IMG/VR virus record: IMGVR_UViG_3300042294_003246
Origin: a virus
Taxonomy: Duplodnaviria; Caudoviricetes
Length of the DNA: 64,000 bases
Direction: 5' to 3' (one strand)
Both the position numbers and the translations under genes were made by a program. The notes under the pieces were generated by a model. The model was not told the DNA's origin. It ran no database searches and saw only the letters and a program-made list of their open reading frames with translations. Shown here one piece after another: positions 46,940 through 55,681 of this stretch (the stretch's first letter is position 1; every line of letters begins with the position of its first letter).

Positions 46940-47496
46940 AAATAATAATATCAGAACACCAATTTAATTTTCTTAACGAAAGTGATGTTAATAGAAATAT
47001 TGATGCTATCAAAAAGTATTGGAAAAGTGAATTGAAAAAAGGAAATCAAATTAGATTTAATAAAGACGAACTTGAATATTGGGGTATTATTAAAACTTCA
47101 GATGAAATACATGCTCAATTAGCATTTCAGATATTAGTTGGAGATGAGGAGTTCGCTAAAAAATTCATAAACAAATTATTAAATAAAACATTTTCAACAA
47201 AAGACTTTAGTGATAGAATTGTAGGTGGTTATGATTTTGAATGGATTATTACTCAAATGAATTATCAAGATTTTGATTTCTTTTTGTATGGTCAAACACT
47301 ACCAGGTGGAACTGTTAGTCTAATTATGATGGATGGTAGAAATCTGACTTTACAGGAAGCTTTAGAAGACGAAGATATTGGTTGGGAAATTCAAGAGGAA
47401 GTTAACAACGTTGTTCAGGACTGTATGAACGAAATAATTTTACCGGCCACAGGTTATGATGTAGAAGTTCCGGTTATTTATATTGCAGAAGAATGA
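46936..47496 (+). CDS. MKIIISE-leader hypothetical protein
   Basis: ORF. Confidence 0.7.
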   Translation: MKIIISEHQFNFLNESDVNRNIDAIKKYWKSELKKGNQIRFNKDELEYWGIIKTSDEIHAQLAFQILVGDEEFAKKFINKLLNKTFSTKDFSDRIVGGYDFEWIITQMNYQDFDFFLYGQTLPGGTVSLIMMDGRNLTLQEALEDEDIGWEIQEEVNNVVQDCMNEIILPATGYDVEVPVIYIAEE

Positions 47497-47879
47497 AAAT
47501 AATAATTTCAGAACGACAACAAAAGTTATTAACCGAGTCAAAAAAACTTGAGTCGGCACAAAATCTTATTGATCAGGCATTTGAGGAATTAAGAGAAAAC
47601 TGTGAAAAAAATTGGGTTGAACAATATGCTTGTGATCAAATGGAAACCGTTGAAGAGATTAAAGTTGTTGCATCTGAAAAAGGATCAGCGACCACAAGAG
47701 GTCAAAAAACTAATTTTTGGTTGATTGAAGTTGACATATATTATTCATCATTAGGATATACACCTTTTGAAGATTTTATTTATCAAATCCAATGGGAAGT
47801 TAGAGAAATTGTCGGATCAAGAAATATTATTATAACCATCCGAGGTACTATAAACTCAAACAAAGACCTAAACTGGTAA
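47493..47879 (+). CDS. MKIIISE-leader hypothetical protein
   Basis: ORF. Confidence 0.7.
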   Translation: MKIIISERQQKLLTESKKLESAQNLIDQAFEELRENCEKNWVEQYACDQMETVEEIKVVASEKGSATTRGQKTNFWLIEVDIYYSSLGYTPFEDFIYQIQWEVREIVGSRNIIITIRGTINSNKDLNW

Positions 47880-48322
47880 TGAAAATAATAATATCAGAAT
47901 CACAATATAATTTACTTTTAGAATCAAAGTTGAAACAAAATCTTAAACAGGAAATTAAAGATTTTGGAGTAAAAGATACTGCTGAACTTGTTAATGGTTT
48001 CGATAATTTAATGGAAATTTTAAACATAAATTCTCCGATGGATTTTTTACATTTGTTTGATGACTTGGATGTTGTTCAAAGTGAAATGGACCCTGATTGG
48101 ACTTTATTTCGATATAAACCAAAACATAATTTGATGGTTCACAATAGAAAAAATAGAACTGTTTTCATTAATTACGAAGAAATTTGGAAACCTTTATTTG
48201 ATACTGGTCTTTTCGATCCTGACATAAAGGAACTTACAAAAGAGTGGTTGTCTAGTGTCTACAACTTAAGGGGAGTCACAACCGAAAGGTTTTATCAAGC
48301 TTCTCCATGGTTAGTTGTCTAG
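47879..48322 (+). CDS. MKIIISE-leader protein, paralogue of 17424, ending in a CRISPR-like unit
   Basis: Shared FLHLF.DLDVVQSE..WTLFRY...WLS..YNLRGVTT. Confidence 0.75.
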   Translation: MKIIISESQYNLLLESKLKQNLKQEIKDFGVKDTAELVNGFDNLMEILNINSPMDFLHLFDDLDVVQSEMDPDWTLFRYKPKHNLMVHNRKNRTVFINYEEIWKPLFDTGLFDPDIKELTKEWLSSVYNLRGVTTERFYQASPWLVV

Positions 48323-48333
48323 TGTCTACAATT
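48247..48333. CRISPR. Mini-array: 36-nt repeat, 31-nt spacer, ~19-nt partial repeat
   Basis: GTTGTCTAGTGTCTACAACTTAAGGGGAGTCACAAC (48247-48282); first 18 nt recur at 48314. Confidence 0.6.
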
Positions 48334-48347
48334 TAAAAAAATAGAAT

Positions 48348-48749
48348 ATGAAAATAATAATTACAGAATCACAAGTTAGTCTTCTCAAAGAAAATTCCAT
48401 TGTGGATATGGATCTTCAACAACTATATGACAGGGCCATAAAATTAAAAAAAGTGGTTTCTAAAAATGTCCAAAGAGAGTTGGAAGATTATTCTTGGTTT
48501 GATGGATTACAGGTAAGTATTGATAGAGATTGGGGAGGACTACCTTATTATTTTTTTAACATAAAAACAAATTTGTCCCTAACAGAGGATGAATTTTATA
48601 GTCAAGAATTAGGTGATGAAATTTATGATAAAATTGGTGATGTTTTTGGTCACTTTTTTCCAGAGGTTAATAAAAATACACAATATAACTTAACTGGTGT
48701 TTGGGATGCTTCTATAACAGACAGACATGGTTATGTAACTCACATTTAG
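48348..48749 (+). CDS. MKIIITE-leader hypothetical protein
   Basis: ORF. Confidence 0.7.
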   Translation: MKIIITESQVSLLKENSIVDMDLQQLYDRAIKLKKVVSKNVQRELEDYSWFDGLQVSIDRDWGGLPYYFFNIKTNLSLTEDEFYSQELGDEIYDKIGDVFGHFFPEVNKNTQYNLTGVWDASITDRHGYVTHI

Positions 48750-48764
48750 AACTATTTATTTAAT

Positions 48765-49454
48765 ATGAAAATCATCATTTCAGAAGATCAACAAAAAGTA
48801 TTACTTGAATCAAAACAAATTGATTCAGTTCAAAATCTTGTTGATATGGCGGTTGAAGATTATGTTGAAGGTTGTTCTAGAAGACATGCATTTAGAAATC
48901 TTGAACTTGCACTTTGTAAAGGGTTCAAGAACGGAACAACAAAACTTAAAGTTTTAGAAGTAAAAAAAATACACGACCATTATGATGTAAAACTTTCTAT
49001 ACACACAGATCAAGAATGGTTTCAAAGAGCGGACTTTCAAGATTTTGAAATCACATTAATACTTAAAGTTGCAAATATAATAGGAACACACAAATATGGG
49101 TTTGATATTAAGGACATGGAATTAAATGATCGTGATGAAGAAGTGATTTCTGAAAGTCGTGAAATGAGTACTAAACTAAGACGAAGATTTAGTGAACTTG
49201 AAAAAATTGGAGAGTCAATAGAGTATCAAACTGAAATACAAGATCCATGTGATTTTGAGGATGAGAATGACTATGCTGACTATTGTATTGGACAAGGACT
49301 TTATTTTTATTACAACGATGATGAAGATGAAGACTATGAATATCCACCAGACGAAATGGTTGAGGTTAGAGATGAGGTAGAAGAATATTTAGAAGAAAAA
49401 TACCACAATTATTTAGTAGATATTTATAATGACTTAGTAGAAAACTGTAACTAA
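48765..49454 (+). CDS. MKIIISE-leader hypothetical protein, two-domain
   Basis: ORF. Confidence 0.7.
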   Translation: MKIIISEDQQKVLLESKQIDSVQNLVDMAVEDYVEGCSRRHAFRNLELALCKGFKNGTTKLKVLEVKKIHDHYDVKLSIHTDQEWFQRADFQDFEITLILKVANIIGTHKYGFDIKDMELNDRDEEVISESREMSTKLRRRFSELEKIGESIEYQTEIQDPCDFEDENDYADYCIGQGLYFYYNDDEDEDYEYPPDEMVEVRDEVEEYLEEKYHNYLVDIYNDLVENCN

Positions 49455-49759
49455 TGAAAATACTATTAACAGAAAAACAGGCCGATAGAATATTCAACGA
49501 AAAGATTGAATGCGAAAAGTGCGAACACTCTTGGAAAAAAGAAAATGATGACAAACATCCATTTCTTTGTCATGATTGTGGGTGGGACCAAAAAAAAGGT
49601 CTTTACGATAAAGAAAACTTATTTAAGTTTTGGAAAGGAAAATTATCTAAAGAACCAATTGAAGAAAAGTGGTCTGAAAAATATAAAAGATCAATCAACT
49701 GTAATAACCCAAAAGGTTTTAGTCAAAAGGCTCATTGTCAAGGGAGAAAGAAAAAATAA
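49454..49759 (+). CDS. Small Cys-rich protein
   Basis: CEKC...CHDCG; KWSEKYKRSINCNNPKGFSQKAHC. Confidence 0.7.
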   Translation: MKILLTEKQADRIFNEKIECEKCEHSWKKENDDKHPFLCHDCGWDQKKGLYDKENLFKFWKGKLSKEPIEEKWSEKYKRSINCNNPKGFSQKAHCQGRKKK

Positions 49760-49760
49760 A

Positions 49761-50546
49761 ATGGAGTTTAAACAAGTTAAAATTTCTTCTAATTTATCAG
49801 AATTTTTTTCTGATAATTTCAAAAAAAAATGGAATTTAGTTGATTATTACGATACTAATAAACCGGCAATTTTTTTTGGTTTATACACAAATACAGATAG
49901 ATTGTTTTTGCAAAATCATAAAGGAAAAAGTTTGGTAATTTGGGGAGGTTCTGACTTAGATAGACCAAAATCTTTAAGTTTAGTTAAAAACTTAGTAGAT
50001 ATTGGTTCATGCTATACTTGGGTTTATCCAGGTTTTTTTTCGGAAGTATTAAGTAAATACAAAATAAAACATAAAAAAATTTTTGTTCCTATAAAAAACT
50101 ATGACGAGTTCCAACCAATTGAATGTGGGGATAAAATTTACGTTTATAAAGGAATTTTAGGCAACAGAAAAGATTATTTTAAATGGGACGAGGTAATCCA
50201 ACCAATAATAAACCATTTTGGTAAAGATAATATTTTGTATACTCAAAACGAAACAATTGAAACTTTAAAAAATAAATTTTATAAAAATTCTTTTGTGTAT
50301 ATTAAACCAAATGAAAAAGGTGGTTGTACTACCATGTTCGAAATGGCTTATATGGGAAGAAAAACAATAGGTTTAGGGTTTGAAAACTGTGAATTTTTTT
50401 CTACCTATAAAAACACTAACAACCTAATCCAACAAATCGAAGATGAATCAAAAAAAATTGGTAAAATAAATTATAAAACTTCAGAGTCTATAAAAAATAC
50501 CTTTATTTCGGATAATTCTTGGTTATACTCTAACTATTATGAATAA
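49761..50546 (+). CDS. Putative glycosyltransferase (GT-B-like)
   Basis: WGGSD; EKGGCTTMFEM..MG nucleotide-binding-like motif; ATG 49761. Confidence 0.55.
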   Translation: MEFKQVKISSNLSEFFSDNFKKKWNLVDYYDTNKPAIFFGLYTNTDRLFLQNHKGKSLVIWGGSDLDRPKSLSLVKNLVDIGSCYTWVYPGFFSEVLSKYKIKHKKIFVPIKNYDEFQPIECGDKIYVYKGILGNRKDYFKWDEVIQPIINHFGKDNILYTQNETIETLKNKFYKNSFVYIKPNEKGGCTTMFEMAYMGRKTIGLGFENCEFFSTYKNTNNLIQQIEDESKKIGKINYKTSESIKNTFISDNSWLYSNYYE

Positions 50547-51303
50547 TGTTTTTTGTGAGGATTTCCGAGTAGGTAAAAATACTTTTATTTCACCTAAGGC
50601 AACTATAAAAGGAATAAATGGTAATGCAAAAAAAATAACAATAGGTGATAATACTTATATCGGCGACAATGTTCAAATAATAATTGATGAATTAGAAATT
50701 GGTGATTATTGTAAAATACACCATCACACAAATATTCATGGTTATTTACCTATGAAAATAGGACATAACGCATGGATTGGACAAGGTTGTATAATTGATT
50801 CTATAGGTGGAGTTACTATTGGAAACAATTGTGGTATTGGTGCCTATTCTCAATTGTGGAGTCATATTAAGTATGGGGATCCTTTAATTGGTTGTAACTA
50901 CAACGATAATAAACCTTTGACAATTGGGAATGATGTTTGGTTTGTTGGTCATTGTATTGTTTCACCAATACACGCAAAAGATAGATCAATGGCCTTGGTT
51001 GGTAGTGTAATAACAAAAGATATGGAAACAGATCAAGTTTACGCCGGAAGTCCTGCAAAAAATATAACTTCTAAAGTTAAACCACAATTTACCGACATAA
51101 CTTTACAGGAGAAATGGGATTTAATAAAAAAAATACCTAAAACTGATGATATTGAAATTGTTGAGTCAAATAGTGAAATTATTTGTAACAAAAAAAGTTA
51201 TTTTAATATAAATGAAAGAACCTACACAAAAAAAAATACAGATACTGAAATTGCCTTTATGAAAAAGTTACAATCTCAATTAATAAAATTTGTACCAAAA
51301 TAA
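50539..51303 (+). CDS. Hexapeptide-repeat (LbH) acyltransferase
   Basis: ITIGDNTYIG, IGHNAWIG, IGNDVW, YAGSPAK. Confidence 0.88.
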   Translation: MNNVFCEDFRVGKNTFISPKATIKGINGNAKKITIGDNTYIGDNVQIIIDELEIGDYCKIHHHTNIHGYLPMKIGHNAWIGQGCIIDSIGGVTIGNNCGIGAYSQLWSHIKYGDPLIGCNYNDNKPLTIGNDVWFVGHCIVSPIHAKDRSMALVGSVITKDMETDQVYAGSPAKNITSKVKPQFTDITLQEKWDLIKKIPKTDDIEIVESNSEIICNKKSYFNINERTYTKKNTDTEIAFMKKLQSQLIKFVPK

Positions 51304-51308
51304 AAAAT

Positions 51309-51944
51309 ATGCCAATAAAAGAACATAACCCATACAAAATAGTAAAAATGTTTGAAGAAGAAATTGCTTCTTACACTGGTGCTAAATATGCAATATCTGT
51401 TGATAGTTGTACAAATGCCTTATTTTTGATGTGTAAATATCATCAAGTTAAAGAAGTTACGATTCCCTCAAAAACATATTTATCTGTCCCTATGAGTATA
51501 ATTAATGCTGGTGGTGAAGTTATTTTTGATAAAAGGGAAATTACAAATCATTGGAGCGGTTTATATCAATTAAAACCATATCCAATTTATGACTCAGCAA
51601 AAAGATTAACATCAAACATGTATATTCCTGGTTCTTATATGGGTTTATCTTTCCATATAAAAAAACAACTTGGTATTGGAAAAGGAGGTATGATACTAAC
51701 GGACGATGAAGTGGCCGCAAAGTGGTTTAAAAAGGCAAGATATGAGGGTAGAAGTGAAAAGTTTTATAAAGAAGATAATATTGAAACAATTGGTTGGAAT
51801 ATGTATATGACACCACAGGAAGCTGCTCATGGACTTTGCCTTTTACAAAATTATCCCGAAAACAATATAGATTTAAATGAAATAAATGGATATAGAGATC
51901 TAACTGATTTCCATATTTTTAAAGATTGTAAAGTAATTAAATAA
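51309..51944 (+). CDS. DegT/DnrJ/EryC1/StrS sugar aminotransferase (short)
   Basis: AISVDSCTNAL, YDSA, SFHIKK...GKGGMI, GWNMYM. Confidence 0.85.
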   Translation: MPIKEHNPYKIVKMFEEEIASYTGAKYAISVDSCTNALFLMCKYHQVKEVTIPSKTYLSVPMSIINAGGEVIFDKREITNHWSGLYQLKPYPIYDSAKRLTSNMYIPGSYMGLSFHIKKQLGIGKGGMILTDDEVAAKWFKKARYEGRSEKFYKEDNIETIGWNMYMTPQEAAHGLCLLQNYPENNIDLNEINGYRDLTDFHIFKDCKVIK

Positions 51945-51945
51945 A

Positions 51946-52656
51946 ATGAAACATTCTGTAATTGTAACAGGATTCAATTGTGAGTTATATGCCGAAGAGT
52001 GTATTCGGTCAATTCTGAATCAAACATATGATAATTTTGAAATATTAATTTATAATGATGGGAGCGTTGATTCTACCAAAAAAGTTTTAGAGCAATTCAA
52101 ATCAAATAAAAATATAAAAATATATAACAATGAAACAAATATGGGTGCATTATATGGTAGGTATAACTTAAATAAATTAGCACAAGGTGAAATTGTTTCT
52201 TTTGTTGGTTTAGATGATAAATTAAGTTTAGATGCTTTGGAAATAGTTACTAATTATTATACACCAGAAATAAAAATGACATACGGCAATTGGGTTGATA
52301 TGGACACTAATGTTGTTTTTGAAGTTGAAGAATACAGTGAAGAAACTTTTGAATTAAAATTATTTAGAAAAACAAAATGGAAAGCTACTGCTTTAAACAC
52401 TTTTAGAAAAAGTTTGATTGATACGATACCTGAAACTATTTTAAAAATGGACGGTAATTTTTTTACAAATTGTACAGATTTGGCATACAGTTATCCATGT
52501 TTGGAACAGTGTTCAAAAAAAGAAGTGTCTGTAATAAAAGAACCAATTTATATTTATAGAAAAAATCACCCTAATACTACTTTAAAAAGACTAGGAAGAA
52601 CAAATAAAAATATGGTTAGAGAATATATATCTAAACAAAAAATTTTTAAAATTTAA
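51946..52656 (+). CDS. Glycosyltransferase family 2
   Basis: SVIVTGFN...SILNQT...DGSVD...LDD. Confidence 0.85.
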   Translation: MKHSVIVTGFNCELYAEECIRSILNQTYDNFEILIYNDGSVDSTKKVLEQFKSNKNIKIYNNETNMGALYGRYNLNKLAQGEIVSFVGLDDKLSLDALEIVTNYYTPEIKMTYGNWVDMDTNVVFEVEEYSEETFELKLFRKTKWKATALNTFRKSLIDTIPETILKMDGNFFTNCTDLAYSYPCLEQCSKKEVSVIKEPIYIYRKNHPNTTLKRLGRTNKNMVREYISKQKIFKI

Positions 52657-52662
52657 TTCTCT

Positions 52663-53364
52663 ATGGGAAACCAAGTATTTGACTACTGCATCATAATCAC
52701 CACTTTTGATAGACAGTTGGCACTAAAAAACCTTTTAAAAAAAATTTTACATCAAAAAGGGGATAAAAAAATTCAAATCGTAGTTTTTGATGACGGAGGT
52801 AAAGAAAATCTTATTAATTACGATGAAAATATAAAATATATAAAATTTTCAAATAATCACGGTAAAAAAAAGTTTTGGTATATAATCGATCAGACTTTTA
52901 AATATATAAGGAATATTGAATCAAAATATTATATATACTTACAAGATGACTTATTAGTGGATGATAATTTTATTTTAGACGTTACAAATTTATATGAGAA
53001 TTTAAATGACCACAAAAAAATTTCTTTGGAGTTTAGAACCGATGTAAGAACAAAAAGACCAAATTGGTCAAACTTTACACCAAACATAATTGACAATTAC
53101 ATTCAAACACAATGGGTTGAATTAGATTTTATTGCGGAAAAAAAATTCTTTGAGGTTTTAGATTTCAAAATTAACCCCATTTCAGAAAACAGATGGAACA
53201 AAGACCCAAATTTAAGTTCAGGGGTTGGATACCAATTAACAAAAAGGTTAAATGATTTAGGTTATACAATGTATCATACCAAAGTATCATTAGTTAAACA
53301 TGGTTTTGAAAAATCAAAAATGAACATTAACGAAAGAATGGTTAATGACTTAAATATTTTTTAA
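52663..53364 (+). CDS. Glycosyltransferase (GT-A fold)
   Basis: IIITTFDR, VFDDG, LQDD. Confidence 0.75.
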   Translation: MGNQVFDYCIIITTFDRQLALKNLLKKILHQKGDKKIQIVVFDDGGKENLINYDENIKYIKFSNNHGKKKFWYIIDQTFKYIRNIESKYYIYLQDDLLVDDNFILDVTNLYENLNDHKKISLEFRTDVRTKRPNWSNFTPNIIDNYIQTQWVELDFIAEKKFFEVLDFKINPISENRWNKDPNLSSGVGYQLTKRLNDLGYTMYHTKVSLVKHGFEKSKMNINERMVNDLNIF

Positions 53365-53365
53365 G

Positions 53366-54316
53366 ATGAGTAAAATTGTTGTGAATATATCATCATACAA
53401 AAGAAATGATGGTTTAGAAAAAGTAATAAATTCGGTAATTGAAGATTGTGACAAAATAAACGTTGCCTTAAATTCTTATGAAGGTGAAATACCAAAATTT
53501 CTTTTTGACAATAAGATTAATATTTTAATAACTGACAACTCAAAGGGAGATGCTTATAAGTTTTATTTTTTAAATAATACCGAAGATGCTTATTACATTA
53601 CATTAGACGATGATATAATTTACCCTAAAAATTTTATAAAAAAAATCATTCAAAAATGCGACTTTTACGAAAGAAAAAAAGTAATTACTTATCATGGAAG
53701 AAATTTTGAAAATTTCCCTATACAATCATATTACAAATCCAAATCAAAAAGATATCATTTTTTACAAGAGGTCTCGAAAGACACAAAAGTGCAATTTGGA
53801 GGAACAGGATTGATGTGTTTTCATACCAATTTACTTAAAATACCATTTGAATATTTTATATTTCCAAATATGGCCGATGTTTGGTTAGGAAAATATTGTA
53901 TGGAAAATAAAATTGAGATTATTTGTTTGAAACACCTAAAAGGTTATATACAATATATACCACAAAAAACCACAATTTATGATGTAGAATCTAAAAATGA
54001 TTTTATACAAACACAAGTTGTAAATTCTATTTTTAATAAAACGATTAACTTAGAAAATTTAAAAAACTATAATAAAAATAATTCGTTAGAACAAATTCCT
54101 AATATATCAATTCCGCAACCAACTCCACCACCACATGAACCGGTAAAAATTGAAAAAACTTTAGAAATAAATAAAAAAACAATTGATTACCAAAAAGTTA
54201 ATAGAATATTTTCAAATTTACAAAATAATACACAACAAAAACCACAGGTTAATACAAATAATCTGAAACTTAATTCAAAACAAATTTCAACATTTAATAA
54301 AAAGAAATTCAGATGA
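53366..54316 (+). CDS. Glycosyltransferase (GT-A fold)
   Basis: ITLDDDIIYP, GGTG, MADVW. Confidence 0.75.
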   Translation: MSKIVVNISSYKRNDGLEKVINSVIEDCDKINVALNSYEGEIPKFLFDNKINILITDNSKGDAYKFYFLNNTEDAYYITLDDDIIYPKNFIKKIIQKCDFYERKKVITYHGRNFENFPIQSYYKSKSKRYHFLQEVSKDTKVQFGGTGLMCFHTNLLKIPFEYFIFPNMADVWLGKYCMENKIEIICLKHLKGYIQYIPQKTTIYDVESKNDFIQTQVVNSIFNKTINLENLKNYNKNNSLEQIPNISIPQPTPPPHEPVKIEKTLEINKKTIDYQKVNRIFSNLQNNTQQKPQVNTNNLKLNSKQISTFNKKKFR

Positions 54317-55269
54317 GTTTAAGTGTTATTATACCAACTTATAAAAATGTTATTTTTTTGGATGAACTTTTTTTATCTATAGAAAATAGTAGATATGATA
54401 ATGAATTTGAAGTTTTGATTGGAATTGATAATTGTTATGAAACGATCGATTACATTTATAATAAAGAATTTCCAAAAAACTTTAAGTTTTTTTTCTTTTT
54501 GGAAAATCAAGGTCCCTATCTAATTAAAAATACTTTAGTTGAAATAAGTCAGTATAATAAAATTTTGTTCTTTGATTCTGATGATGTTATTCTGCCAAAT
54601 TTATTTGAGGAAATTGACAGTCAATTAAACATATATGATTTGATCAAACCAAAATATATTGATTTTGAGGATAAGAACAATCAACGAGAGTTCAAACAAC
54701 AAAAAAATACATTTGGTGAGGGAGTTTTTGGGATTAAAAAAGACATATTTTTAAGTATTAATGGATTTGAGGGATGGAGAGTTGCCGCAGACTCAGATCT
54801 TATGTCTCGACTATATAAAATGAATTTAAAAATATTACATACGAATCATATTCTATTTCATAGAAGATTACACAAAAATTCTTTAACAATTCATCCTGAG
54901 ACAAACTTATCATCAAAAATTAGGGCTAAATATTTTTTCATTAGTAAAAATAAACCAAAACATTTTTTAAAATTGGAGGGGCTCAAAACGAGTGAATATA
55001 AAGTTGTTGATATTGAAAATAAAGAATTTACAAAATCTTTGATTGAGTTAAAAGAAGAACACGAAATAACCGAATATGAGAAAAAAAAGTTGAAACACGA
55101 ATCTATTTCTACGATTTTTTCTAATCAACCAAAAAGAGATATTCCGAAAGAACCAAAAAAAATAAATTATGATGCCATTAACAACAACAGATCGATGTTG
55201 TATCATCCTAATTTGAACTCTGCCTTAAAAAAGGCAAAACTTGATAATTTGAAAAAAAAATTTAGATAG
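54313..55269 (+). CDS. Glycosyltransferase family 2
   Basis: SVIIPTY, FFDSDD, AADSD. Confidence 0.8.
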   Translation: MSLSVIIPTYKNVIFLDELFLSIENSRYDNEFEVLIGIDNCYETIDYIYNKEFPKNFKFFFFLENQGPYLIKNTLVEISQYNKILFFDSDDVILPNLFEEIDSQLNIYDLIKPKYIDFEDKNNQREFKQQKNTFGEGVFGIKKDIFLSINGFEGWRVAADSDLMSRLYKMNLKILHTNHILFHRRLHKNSLTIHPETNLSSKIRAKYFFISKNKPKHFLKLEGLKTSEYKVVDIENKEFTKSLIELKEEHEITEYEKKKLKHESISTIFSNQPKRDIPKEPKKINYDAINNNRSMLYHPNLNSALKKAKLDNLKKKFR

Positions 55270-55297
55270 AATAATATTTTTTCTTATCTTTGTTTTA

Positions 55298-55660
55298 ATG
55301 AAACACCCAAGAAAGGAAGGAAAGGTAATTAGTGATAAGGACATTAAGTTTGTTAAAAAACTTTTGAAAAAAAATCCTATTATTTTTGAAAGTAATATTC
55401 ATATTAAAGATGATTGCTTGGTTGAAATCACAAATATTAGAAAATATGCGAATAGTTGGTATTATGGTTCTAACGCTAAATTTGTGTATGAAGTGGATGT
55501 CAAAGTTAAAAAAAACGATTCTTCCCGTTGGTGTAACTACACAAACACTAACTATAAAAACAGAAGAATAAGATCTTGGAAAACGGAACAACTATTTCGA
55601 GAAGAGTTATGTTATTTTAACATTATGGACTTTTGTATATCAAAGATTTCCTACGAATAG
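55298..55660 (+). CDS. Hypothetical protein
   Basis: ORF; TATCTTTG at 55285. Confidence 0.65.
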   Translation: MKHPRKEGKVISDKDIKFVKKLLKKNPIIFESNIHIKDDCLVEITNIRKYANSWYYGSNAKFVYEVDVKVKKNDSSRWCNYTNTNYKNRRIRSWKTEQLFREELCYFNIMDFCISKISYE

Positions 55661-55681
55661 AATTCGTCTATATTTATAGAC

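Noticed and set aside
49506-49760. Long N-terminal extension of the first glycosyltransferase in the ORF track
   Set aside because: Overlaps the genuine 49454 ORF; ATG at 49761 directly follows its stop.
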